Positions 11,561 to 23,170 of a stretch of DNA of 64,000 bases are shown here, piece by piece. The stretch spans positions 15,998,001 through 16,062,000 of the forward strand of contig NC_087437.1 in NCBI RefSeq assembly GCF_036321535.1, in the 5' to 3' direction. Numbering within the stretch: position 1 is the stretch's first letter; each line of letters starts with the position of its first letter. The notes beneath the pieces were generated by a model. The model worked only from the letters and a program-made list of their open reading frames with translations. It made no database searches and was not told the DNA's origin. Origin of the DNA: Camelus dromedarius (Eukaryota). Made by a program: the position numbers and the translations under genes.

Positions 11561-14014
11561 TGCATTTCCCAGATCCTGCCCAGAATGAGTCTGCTGGGAT
11601 AAGAAGCCAGACTCTTAAAGGCCCAGGATGAGAAAGCTGGGGGCCTTTAAAACACTGGGCCCAGTAAGGGGTGGGGGGAGGAAAGGAGCAGAAGAAGAAG
11701 CTGACATGCTCTGGGACAGAGGAGAGGCACGGGTCCGCCCAGGGAGGTGTCCTGGGAGCCCGAGGGGCCTGAGGCTGCTTGTCTCCTGGAGGGAAAGTAG
11801 CAGGCTGGGCAAATCACCAGAAGCCCAGCTCTCTGGCCCCAGGTGGGAGGGAAGACCAGCCACACGCAAGACCAGTTCCTATATCTGTGATGTGCAGATT
11901 GGTAGAAGCAGCCTGGGCCAGCAGCTCTTCACCCGGTGGCCTGGACACTGCAAAGCCAGCACCTTCTTGAGCCACAGCTGTGTCTTGCCAAAGAGCAGTC
12001 AAGTCTGTAAGGCCAGTGTGCTGGTGGACAAATGGACAGAGGAGGAACCTCCTGTGTAAGAGGGAGGCAGAGAGAGTTTGGGAGCTGGGATGTGCTGTGC
12101 CCAGAGAAACCTGGTCTTGCATCTTTCTTAAGGAGGAGGTGGGCTCACAGCAGCCAGGGGCTAAGCCTCAAGGAATCCAGTGACAGAAGAGTTTTCAAAT
12201 TTAAGAGAATATTTACCTTCTCCTAGTGTGCCTTCAGATTCACCCTGGACTTTCTGAGCACCTACTATGCGCTTGGCTTCTAGGACAGAGTCCATCTCAT
12301 AGATCTGAATGGGCTCATTCTCTTCTCTGGGTTCCTTTTCTTGTTCTTTGATTTCTACACCCACAGTATCCTCCAGAGAAGATCCTTGGAGTAACAGTGC
12401 TTGTGAGCAGGTGCCACAGGTCTCCGTATCCAGCATCTAACACCATAATGCTGAGCCCAAAACAGTGCCTGGGTTGGGAAGTGGGAAGTAGTAGACGTAA
12501 GTTTAAAAACCAGCCAACCACCCACTAAAGAGTTACCCTCTATAACGTCTTCCCAGAGAATTGACGCCTCTCCTGGGCTGGGGCAGTGATGGCCCAGAAG
12601 GCTGCAGTGAGTTGTCGTAGGGCCCTGAGCCTGCAGAGTGATGGTAACTTGCTTATGGGCCCATGTCTCCATCCAGCTGGGATCCATATCTCCATCCAAA
12701 TGAAACTCATGCTCCTGCATCCAGTTGGGACACAAACTTCTATCCAAGGCCCCATGCCTCCATCACAATGCCTCTAATTAACTGGTACCATGTGAGACTT
12801 CCAGCTGCTGCTGCTGCTGCCAAAGATTCCCTGACCCCATTAGAGCAAGTACTCTGAAAGACTCTGCCCACCAACCCCATGTGAGAAGAGGCCCTCATCT
12901 GCTTCCTGCCTCCTGGGTACCAGCCATTCATTTAGAGCTGGGCAGGGAGGCCCTGGGCAGAGCCTTCCTGGGCTCCCTCAGGGCTGTTCGTCTTCCCTTT
13001 GCCTTCAGTTTGATTGTTATTCCAAAGGCCTCCGTATGGAAATTACAAAATAATGGTTCTGCAATTTGTGCTTGTGGGGCTGTGTGTAGGCTAATTGCAT
13101 CTCAGTGTCCCCTCTCTCAGAGGCACTGTGGTAGAATCTGACACACAACTCCCTCTCCACTGCAGCTTTGTGTCTCTCTCCTGCCAAATTTCTCCAAGGT
13201 CTGGGGACAGCATGAGTGTCTTGAGTAGAAATGGTACCTCCCAAGCCCACCTCCATGTCTAAAGGGGCCCAGGGCCCCTGGCTTCTCTATCTATGAAGCA
13301 TGCACACTGTTTTAACAGAGATCCTATTTGGGGTGGCTGTAGGGGGCTGGTGGAGGTAAGGAGGCACACTGCCCCTTGGCACTGTCACTGCAGCCACCCC
13401 GCCTCCCGGTTTCCACACCGTCCCTAGCTGGGGAGTTACCTGTGAGGAGGGGAAAGGGAGGGGTGGGAGAGAGGATGCTTGTGGCAGGTGGGATGTTACT
13501 GCAGATCCAGGTCCAGGCACGTGCCCTGAGCAGGACGAGATCCTGGGCTCAGAGGAGGGCTTCATGGAGGAGACTGGGTGGTCCTCAGCCAGATTTCAGA
13601 AGGGGAAGCTGGGGCCGAGGGCAGCACGAGAGATGAGCAGAAACGAACTGCTCCCAGCTCCAAACTCCTGTTACTGAGTACAAAGTCAGTTAGGCTCTTT
13701 CTAAAGGCAATTGTTTCTGGGGGAAAAGTTAAGCTTTCTTTGCAAAAAGGGGTAAATTGTTTTAATCACATTACCCCTGGGGACATTTCGGGTGGGGCAA
13801 AAGCAGAGCCTTCAGAGGTCCTACTTGGACCTCTGGGGAGTGTGTGTTTCTGGGGAAGGGGAGGGGGCAGCAGGTGTGAGAAGGACTCAGGTGGGTGCTG
13901 GCCTGGGACGACTTGGCATCTCTAGGATTTGAATAGCAATGAAAATGGCTGGAGGTCACGGTCAGAAGCTTCGAACCTCACCTTCTCTAAGCTTCAATCA
14001 GATGTAGGGGTAAC

Positions 14015-14345
14015 ACAGGCCTGGGCTGAATTTTGATTCTGTCGCTGGCAGCTGTAGGACCTGGGCCTAGCTGCTTCACCTCCGGGATCTTGGTTTCTGC
14101 GTCTATTGCAAGGTGTAATGGCGGCACTGACTTCCTGGGCTGGGGGAGAATTGAACACGACAAGGTAGCTGAGTGGTTAGCATGACACCCAGAGCGAGTC
14201 CTCGCCCACGATGGCTGTTTGCTGTTATTACCCTGCACGGTTGTTGTGCTGTTTTGAGGATTAAGTGACATAATTACATAATTTCTGTACAGCATGTAGA
14301 ACAAGTCCTGGCGTGTAACCACGGTGTATTCAGTGTTGACTGTTC
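14015..14345 (+). mobile_element. MIR SINE (degenerate or fragmented)
   Basis: 'ggacctgggcctagctgcttcacctc' and 'ttttgaggattaagtgacataat...agaacaagtcctggcgtgtaa'. Confidence 0.55.
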
Positions 14346-14438
14346 CTTTTACATCCGCCCTCTTCCAGGTCAGGCAGACAGCTTCCGCTCTAAATCTCCA
14401 TCCCCTCTCTCTCAAGAGAAGTGGGGGGAGATCAGGTA

Positions 14439-14465
14439 GGGGAGGGGGAAGGGGGAGAGGCGGGG
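14439..14465 (+). other. G-quadruplex-forming motif
   Basis: GGGG-A-GGGGG-AA-GGGGG-AGAGGC-GGGG, with an extra G6 run at 14423-14428. Confidence 0.6.
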
Positions 14466-15559
14466 CGCCCAGGGTTCACCCCACGCCGCCTCCGTCATCA
14501 GCACAGCACACCAGGTCTTTGAGGATTTTCATGTTCCTGGTGCCTTTGAATACGGTCTCACAAGTTCTCAGAGCGTGTGGCATAAAAGGAGGTCTTTGGG
14601 AACAATGATTTCAACCTATTTTAGAAAAAAAGCTGTGTGGGGGGAGGAGAAAGGTAGTCAGTAGAGAAATACCCTGGGTATTGCAAGTAGAATCAGATTT
14701 GATATAGGAATTTAGGTGCTTGCGAAGCCCTTGAAAGGGATGGGAAACGGATCAGGCTAGGCCACTGAGCACCCTCAGGTTGGCCACTAGTGTCCAAGGA
14801 GTCGGTAGCCTGAAGATCCCGTCGGCAATGGTCACGGCTGCCTCTAACGCGGAGGCAAGTGCATGGGAAAACTTCACGTCTGCCAAAACCCATAGGCTGT
14901 GCACTGCCCCGGCCCAAGAGCCGCATCCCGGCTGCCACTTCCTGTGCCCCTTCCAAAGCTGGTGGTCGGGCCTCTCATTGGTGGGCTCTAAGCCAGACCC
15001 ACAGCGCAGCCTTCTGGGAAATGTAGTTCCTTTGCTTCCCGCCCCTGTGAGCCTGAGGGGAGCACAAAAGGTTGGAGGTGGGTGGGCGCTGACTGTCCAA
15101 CAGACAAGCTGCTGCAGAGGTGGGGATCTGACCCATTGAAGATCCAGGATGCAGCAATCGTGGGAGCAGAGGTGGGGCCAACGTCGGGGAGGCAGGAGGG
15201 CAAGGAAGACAATTTGCTGTGGGCGGAGAGCTTGGAGCTGCACAACTTCTGGGGGAGGAGAGGAGAGGAGAGGTGAGGCCTGAGTGTCTCCCTGTGAAGC
15301 AGATGGAACAGCAGCAGGAGTGGGGAGATCCGAGCAGGAGGCCCAGTCTGGGAGGCGCTAAATGCAGGCTCTCCCCAGCATGCGCGACTGGCTACGTAGG
15401 CGGGACTCGGAGTTACAGGAAACCCTGCATCACCCTAGAGGACGCCGAGATCTGGGTCAGGGCCAGGAGGAGAGCTTGGGGAAAGCCAAGGGTTTCAGTG
15501 AGAGGATCACCATGGACAGATCTGAGAGCCCAGGAGCCACTGGGGATGGAAGTACTGTC

Positions 15560-16900
15560 TTATCATGAATTTAATTCAGCGAGTACATGAAGCTACCACC
15601 TGGGCCTCAGGACCTTCGACACAGACAGGTACAAACGGGATGGCCTGTGCCTTTGCAAATGTACTGTTTAGTGAGAGAGATGGAATGCTGATGGTGATGG
15701 TGGTGGTGGTGGTGAGGAGGAGGATGGTGATGAGCTAACTCTTTTGACTGCTTCATACACAAATCATTTACATGGATTATACAAGTTTACTCTCTGCCAG
15801 GACAAGCAGGCACTATTACTATTATGCACTGTCATTATATACTATTATTATTATAGCAGGTAGGAAGCACTATTATTCCTAATTTGCAAGTGGGGAGCCT
15901 GAGGCTTAGAGAGATTAGTGACTTGCCCGTGGTCACAGTTGGTAGGAGGTGGGGCCAGGGTCCCTTCCTGGGCTCCCTGACTCCATATTTAACACAAGAC
16001 AGACCGTGCCAGTGGGGAAGACAGACACAGATGCATGGATGGTGCTAAGGGGATGTTTTAGGGGGGAGACATTCATGCCAGCCGGGGAGTGAGGGGCACT
16101 GTCTTGGAGGGAGTGGCCTGCGAGCTAAGCCAGAGGGAATGGGCACATTTCAGGTTCAGAGGTGGGTGGGAAGGGCTTGCAGAGATCTGAGTTAGTGATG
16201 TCTTAGAAGGTGGTAAATCATATAGTAGGAAAAAGTTTATTTTAAAAAAGTCTGAGCTCTTCAAAGTTTGTCTTGCCTATACCCACTTTTTTGCTCATTG
16301 AACACGAGAACGTGAGCACCATCTAGGTATGGGCAGGCAAAGATGCGCAGGGCGCTGGGAGCAGCTTGGCGGGGGAGGCAGGTGGGTAAACAGACAGACC
16401 CAGTGTGGGCACATAGATGTCTAGAACAGGCTCAGAGGAGACGGTGCTTCCTGGAGGAGGGGGTCTTGAGTGGTTCTGACACCGATAGTAGCTCCTTGGG
16501 CAGCCAGGCATGGGTGCATAGTGGCAGGGAGAGGCTGACGAAGAGGCTGGAAGGGTGAGCGGGCCCACTGATCCCGAGGGGCTGTGGAAAAGCCACGACC
16601 AGGCACAGGACTTTATTGCCAAGTCAGGGGTGCCCTCGGAGGTTTTAGACAGGAAAGTGGCATTGATTCTGATCCCTGTTACTGGAAGATTTCTCTGGGA
16701 GGTGTGCGGGGGAGGTAGGCAACAGTGGGGACATCAGGGAGCTGGTGATGAGACAAGGGCCTGAACCAAGGTAGGGATAGCTCAGAACCTAGAGATGACA
16801 GGCCGTGGTGACATGTGGATGTGGGGTAGGGGAGGGAGGTTCGAGAAGCAAGAGGCTGTGGACATCTGCTTGTGGGCCATCCATGGAATGAGTCCTCAAG
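15560..16900 (-). mobile_element. Degenerate L2 with a MIR (about 15733-15985, minus) and simple repeats inserted
   Basis: Antisense L2 motifs 'gcttcctggaggagggggtcttgag' and 'ggaggttttagacaggaaagtggcattgat'. MIR motif 'gcctgaggcttagagagattagtgacttgcccgtggtcacag'. Confidence 0.5.
15686..15733. repeat. Compound (GAT/GGT/GGA)n trinucleotide repeat
   Basis: gctgatggtgatggtggtggtggtggtgaggaggaggatggtgatga. Confidence 0.85.
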
Positions 16901-18334
16901 ACAGAGGGTGAAAATACAGAAGAGAGGAGGAAACCGTTAGGTCAAGGCTCTGAACCCAGCAGTGAAGGTATGAAACAGGGCTGAGAGTGAGTGGGGGTAG
17001 GGCGGGGCTCATCTCCATCACAAGAGCATCTTCTCCAGAGCTTGGGGAGGGGCAGGAGGAGGCGGTAAGTTTCCCTCCTGCTGTTCTGTTTCTTCAACTG
17101 GCGCTTTTAATTGTGTGTAGTAGGCAAGTTAGTGTTAGGTGGTCAAGTTAATTAAAGCCTGCACATTGAAAAATAATGATAATAAAGGCCAAATGCATCC
17201 GTCACCTGTCTGTCCCCCTGGCTTTATCCCTTGCTTCCCAGGAAGCCCGAAACAGCCCTTGCAGTCCTGGTCTCGTGGACTCCTGTCCCAAACAGGGGCC
17301 CCCCTCACCTCCTGGGAGCTGGTGATGATGGCAGTTCAACACAGGGGCGTGTTTGTGGTGACAGAACTATGAAATAGTGAAATCTCGGCAATGAGTAAAA
17401 TCTTTGCTGGATATGGTCCTCCCTCTCCCTTTTCAAGAATAGAATTTTTTTGTTTGTTTGTTTGTTTTTTAGCTCAGAGATATACCAAGCAAATGAAATA
17501 AAATAAAGGAGGGCAGAGAGAGAGACCAAAGTGCCTTTAATTTGAATTGCTTTTCCCACGTGACAAAGCAACAGTTCATTGCAAAATATTTATCTTCATT
17601 ATGGTTGGTACCATTATTGATGAGGAAGGCCTGCAGACTAATGGGAAAATCTCTCTAGGAGGCCTGCATCCAGATGAGCTGAGTCTCCACCTTGCCTTGG
17701 ACACGCTGGCTGAGCACGGTCTTTTATTTCTGGGTGCCCCAGCTGACCCACGGGGCACAGCCGCAAAGGAGAGTCACTGCTCTTGGTTGGATTAGCACCA
17801 CAGAAGTGGGAGCAGTCCTCCAGGTCAGGGCATGACCTCCTTGTGACAAGGACTGCTTCCTGCTTGCCTTTGAATATACAGGGCCCCTGCTTAACAAAAG
17901 TGTGTGCCAAGTGGCTGCAGGATGGATGGATGACCTTGAAAATGAGGGTGTGATAAAGGGATAGGTGGATCCTTGAATCCAGCTTAACCATTCATTTCAC
18001 CAAAGCGGTCAGTGGGGTCCAGGGAGGGGACTCACCCCCGTCAGCTGCAGAGCTGGCCTGAGGTTCAGCCCCTTCCTCCCCTGGGACCTCTCTGTCCCTG
18101 TCCCTTCTGCTGAGAGGTATTGCAAAACACGAATGAGAAGGTGCTCTTGGAGCTATTTTTACTATTTAGAATAAAAGGAGTTTACAAAAATCAAAGTGCC
18201 ATTTACCATGACGGATGTTCCGAGAGGCTCAGGTTAGCAGCTGTGGGAGCTGTCATTCACAGGAGGATTAAGCCTCGTATGTGTTCACCAATCAGGAGCA
18301 AAGAAGCAGAGCTGAGGAGCTGTCCTCACTTCCC

Positions 18335-18440
18335 ACGCCCCCATTTCACAGATGAGTCCACTGCAGCTGGGAGAGGCCACCATGGGTCTTGCGCGTGACC
18401 TCACAGACAGCAAGGGAACTGGTCTGGAACCCTGGTGTTC
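18335..18440 (-). mobile_element. MIR fragment
   Basis: 'ccccatttcacagatgagtccactgcagct...tcacagacagcaagg'. Confidence 0.55.
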
Positions 18441-19407
18441 AGAGTCAACACCAGGGGTGAATTTTGCTGGCCCATTGCCGCCTCCTGGGACATCCTGGGC
18501 CACGTGTTGAATGTGCAGCCATGAGCAGGCGGGGCCAGGGCTCAGCTGTGTTTTCCGGTGGCCGAGCGGGTTGATTAACACAGGAGGCACCGCGAACGGC
18601 CCTGACTTTGAGGAATTCCTCGAGGGGAGAGCTGAGGGCATCTTCCCAAGCTCATTACCTGGTCTCAGAACTTTGTAGCCACCCCTCATAAATCGCTTCA
18701 GTGTGGCACGCGGCCGTTCCCTGGGAAGAGACGTCAGGGTGATTGAGAGCTCCGACGTGCAGGCTTCCGGTCGGTGTCAGCGCACGGAAAGCCTCTGGAG
18801 GACAAAGGCTTTATGAGTTGTTTTCTTCCTTCACACTCAGCCACCTTCCGGCCCAGGTTTACTGCTCTGAGGCTGTGAAGGTGCCGAGGGAGGGAGCCTG
18901 GGCGTATTTTTCCCTGCACCTGCCTCGGATGGAACCTGCTGGTCTGGACAAACATAGCATCACCAATGTCTGATGGGGGACCCGAGCCCAGCTGGTCCTG
19001 AGGGCGTGATCCAGCGCTCCCCAGCATGCACATCCCTCCCAGCAGCAGAAACGAAGCATCCAGGCCCTGCCCTCCTGTCTCCGTCTTCCCCAGGGGACTG
19101 GCCTCCCCTGTCACCCGTCCATCTCTCCGCATTACCGACACCTCTGTCTGACTCATGCCGCTTCCCTTCCCCCAGGGAGTGCTGTGGGTTTGAAATGATG
19201 GTCTTTAATCATTTCTTAAGTGACCAGCCCCGAAATCATTTCTTAGTGCCATACACACAAATTAAATCATAAATCCACACTAGGCCCTGCCTGGGAAGGA
19301 CGGAGGTGCAGCCCTGATTTGGAGTAGAGAAGAGGCCTTCGCAGGAGACAGGAATCAGCCTGCGCCTGGAGGCAAGGCCAGGGCCTGGGAGGGAAGGAAG
19401 ACCTTCC

Positions 19408-19834
19408 TGCTGTCTGTGCGAGGACTGCTGTAACAGAAGACCACAGATGGAGGGGCTTGAGCAACAGATATGTATTCCTCTCTGTTCTGGAGGCTGGAAA
19501 GTCCGAGATCAAGACGTCAGCAGGTTCAGTGTCTGGTGAGGGCCCACTTCCTGGCTTGTAGACTGTTTTTCCATTAAGTCGTCACATGCCCTTTCTTCAT
19601 TGCTTGCATAGAGAGTGAGAGAGAGAGAGGGAGAGAAGGAGGGAGAGAGAGGTCTCATGTCTCTTTCTTTTTCTACAAGGGCATTACTCCCATCATGCGG
19701 CCCCCTCTCATGACCTAGTCTAACCCGCATTACCTCCCAAAGGCACCACCTGCAGATACCTATCAACCACATTGGGGGTTAAGTCTTCAATATATGAATT
19801 TGGCTGTAGGGGGACAAACATTTGGTCCATTGCA
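19408..19834 (-). mobile_element. MaLR solo LTR (MLT1A-like)
   Basis: 'gttctggaggctggaaagtccgagatcaag', 'tctggtgagggcccacttcctggcttgtagac', 'tacctcccaaaggcaccacct', ending 'ggacaaacatttggtccattgca'. Confidence 0.88.
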
Positions 19835-20324
19835 CCTACTAACTCTCCTTCCTCAGATGGTCCCTTTTGCACTTGTGTTATTCTATTCGGACAAAAGAGG
19901 TCTCAGAGAATGCAGTCAGGTGGGTTGGGGGCATGAGGAAGGTGCTTATCTCACGTTTAGGAAGTCTGGGCAGCCCCATTCAGGGCTGAGACACCCATGC
20001 CCTGCTATCCAGAGCCAGCCAGGTCCAAGAGGTCCTTTTGATTACCTCTGGGAGATCAGAAGGAGGCGGGCAAGAAGGACCACGTGGGAGAGTGAGAACT
20101 GGCAGGCAGTCATCAAGAGAGACTCAGTAGTCGGGGATGCAGGTGGGTGCTTCTGAAACATATCCGTGATCCCTACTGACTTGAGGACTCAGTGCAACAT
20201 TCTGCCCCCATCCAAGACTAACTGCAGCCTATTTGCAACAGCTGATGCTTCTTCTCATTCATTAGTTGATGATGGACATATAGCAAGGACACTAGCAAGC
20301 TACTAAACATCCTTGACTCTTGCC

Positions 20325-20640
20325 CACCACCATGCCTTTGTGCGTGCTATTTCCTTTGCCTGAAATGCCTTCCTTCATTTTGTCTACCTAGAAAACTCCT
20401 ATTCATGCTTCAAAACCCAGATCAGCTGTCCTCTTGTCCAACAAATACGGAGGGGACTGCCTGTTTTCTCCCCACTCCCATACATGCTTCTCTTTTCCCA
20501 CGAATCACGCTGTTTTATAATTACTGCTGGCATTGTGTTCTTCCGTTAGGCCTGTGTTCCTTGAGAATGGGGACTCTGGTTTACTCTGCTGTGTATCTTC
20601 AGCAGGGTCTGGATCCAGGGAGTGATGTTTCTGTCAAGTG
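20325..20640 (+). mobile_element. L2 3' fragment
   Basis: 'gcctttgtgcgtgctatttcctttgcctgaaatgcc...aaactcctattcatgcttcaaaacccag'. Confidence 0.65.
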
Positions 20641-21969
20641 ATCAGAGACCCAAAGTGAAGGAGTGGCTGTGTATCTTTCTTTTACCTCCAGTATGCTTTG
20701 TTTATGTAAGTCATTCAGCTTCTGAGCTGAGAGTCTGAGTTTCTGCCTCTGCAAAGTGGGAGAGATAAAGCCGGTGCCTTCACCACTTCAGAGGCCTACA
20801 AAGAAGATGAATCTGAGAGTGGGTTGGTGGGGAATGTGTCGAAACCCTTTAGCTCCTTGAAAAAACCCATTAGAAAGCCTAGGTGTTGGTATTGCAATTA
20901 TTATTTGATTCCCAAATGGTGAGCGCGCTTCCAGAAATGTGCTTTGCTTGATGAACCAGTACATTTTCAGCCCCCACTGATGAGTTTGGGAATCGAATAC
21001 CTGTCATCTTGAAATAATTGACACATCTTGGTGAAGCGCTTACATTCCTCTGATGAAATTCTGAAACCTTATTGAGAGCAAGGAGAAAGACGTGTTACAT
21101 GGGAGCAATATTGCTTTATGGACCTTTATCTTGGTTATTAACAAATGAGTGTTAGATGTGGAAATGGTAAAGGGGGGATTCGGTAATGAAGTTTCATAGG
21201 ATAATAATGATTATTAGCCTGATGATGATGAAATCCAGACTTTAACGCACGTGGCTTCCTTGGCACTCACTGTTCCGTGCCCCCTGAGGCTGGTGGACGG
21301 CAGGCTGGATACTTCTGGCCCCAGATCCCATCCTGAAGTTATCCGGGAAGTGGGCATAAAGGTGATAGTCTCCTTCAGCGTATGCGGACTGGGATGGCCT
21401 AAATGATAATATTTACAAGTGCCCAGATGTCATGTCCATAGCAAACATCTTATATTCTAGGAAGCTGGCACCCACTAGAGGCAGGAGCAGTGAGTGCCAG
21501 TGACCACTCACCGCCCCCTGATGCCGAGCTGCCCACGCGTCCTGGGGAAGCTCAGCCTGTCCCACCGTTTACAGTCCCTTCATTTTCCTCTGCCCACTGG
21601 AAGCCACAGGGAAGATGAGTTTGCCTTTTGGAGCAGGCGTCTGCAGAATGCCCAGCAACCACATGCATACATCACATTTTTTACATCTGATCAGGAATTC
21701 AGGTGGGCAGAGACTCAGAGGGCTCAGCGCTACCTGACCTAGACCAAAGCTGGGGTCGCTCTCTCCCTTTGGAAGCAGGGAAAGTAAGTAGGGCAAGGTG
21801 CCCTCAGTAGGCGGAAAGGCACTACATCCGGCCTGTTTCCTGGGCCTCTCTCATGAACTCATATGCAATGGACACGTGCGTTCTCAAGCCTTAATGCACA
21901 TGCATATAAATGCCAAACGCCCCCACCCCCATGAATATCGTCACTTTAGTAAATAACTGGGAAGGGCAT

Positions 21970-22130
21970 CGGTTTTGAAGCCAGGCAGACCTGCTTTTGA
22001 ATCCTGCCTCTGCCACAGACTAGCTGTGAAATATCAGGCAAGTTGTTTTACCTCTCTGAGCCTCAGTGTCATTGCCGGTGAAATGGGAATGATAACTCTT
22101 TCTTACCAAGTTTCATTGAAAGGAAATGGT
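21970..22130 (+). mobile_element. MIR SINE
   Basis: 'tttgaatcctgcctctgccacagactagctgtgaaatatcaggcaagttgtttacctctctgagcctcagt'. Confidence 0.8.
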
Positions 22131-22224
22131 ATGTTAGAATTACATTCGTCTATGAGAAATGGAAACATGTAAGATAATTTGGTTTTTAAAATAAAAAAGA
22201 CTTGTTTTTTCTGTCATGTCAAAT

Positions 22225-22470
22225 AAATTCAGGCTGGAAGGGCCCTCCCTAACGTGGTGTTAGAGACCAAGGTATATTCAAACCTGCTGCTCTTGACATC
22301 CTTAGCACAAAATTTTCACCTCGCAGCCCAAGATGGCTGTGTGAGTTTCAGCCATCACGACCACTTTCCAGCCAGTGGGAATGAAGAATGAGGGAAGAAG
22401 AGCTAGCTTTCTCTTTTGACAGTCACTGCCCAGAAGTCACATAGGCTTGCTTATATCTCTGGATCTTAGC
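22225..22470 (-). mobile_element. Old MaLR LTR fragment (MLT1J/K-like)
   Basis: 'caagatggctgtgtgagtttcagccatcacgaccactttccagccagtggga' resembles recalled old MLT1 internal motifs. Confidence 0.5.
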
Positions 22471-22621
22471 GATTCAAGCCGAGGCCCATGCCTCATTAAA
22501 CCTTGATAGGAATGCTGTATGTGGTGGGGCAAATGTTGAATTTAAAAAATATAAAACATTAGCAAGGTGATGACACATTGCCTATTGTGAACACATTATA
22601 CTTTTATAACAGAATAATATT

Positions 22622-22790
22622 AACAGCTACTTTTAATTGAGTAGTTATTATATGCCAGGTACTGCACCAAACATTTTTATTCATTATCTCATTCAATGAT
22701 CAAAACAATTCTATGAGATAGGGACTAATGTTACTCCATTTTTACAGATGAGGACACCAAGACTCAGAATGATTATACAACTCGCTTCTT
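22622..22790 (-). mobile_element. MIR SINE
   Basis: 'aattgagtagttattatatgccaggtactg...aacaattctatgagataggg...ccatttttacagatgagg'. Confidence 0.8.
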
Positions 22791-22944
22791 ATGGCTCTGA
22801 GTAGTGGCGTCTGTAACTCAGAAGCTGGTACTCCTTCTCCGTGAAGTCACATTGGCATAGTTTATATTTAACATGATGCACACTGGTTTTGTTGGTTCCA
22901 AGGAAACTGCTTGATTTTAAAATATTTCAGCCAATGAGTTACCA

Positions 22945-23170
22945 AGTCTCTGGAGTCAGGCAACTTGTGTTCAATTCCTGGCTTCATGGCTGGTTGTGGG
23001 ACCTCGGACAAGATGCTAACCTTGTTTGAGCCTCAGTTTCCTAATCAAAATAAGAATAATTGTGGCCTGTGTCTCTTAGGATGGTTATGAGTATGAAATG
23101 AGGTCTGCAGAGCCACTGAGTCCCTGGCCCTTGATAAATGCTGTTTAAATACTGATCATTGTTATTATTC
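22945..23170 (+). mobile_element. MIR SINE
   Basis: 'tctctggagtcaggc...ttcaattcctggct...gagcctcagtttcctaatc'. Confidence 0.8.
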
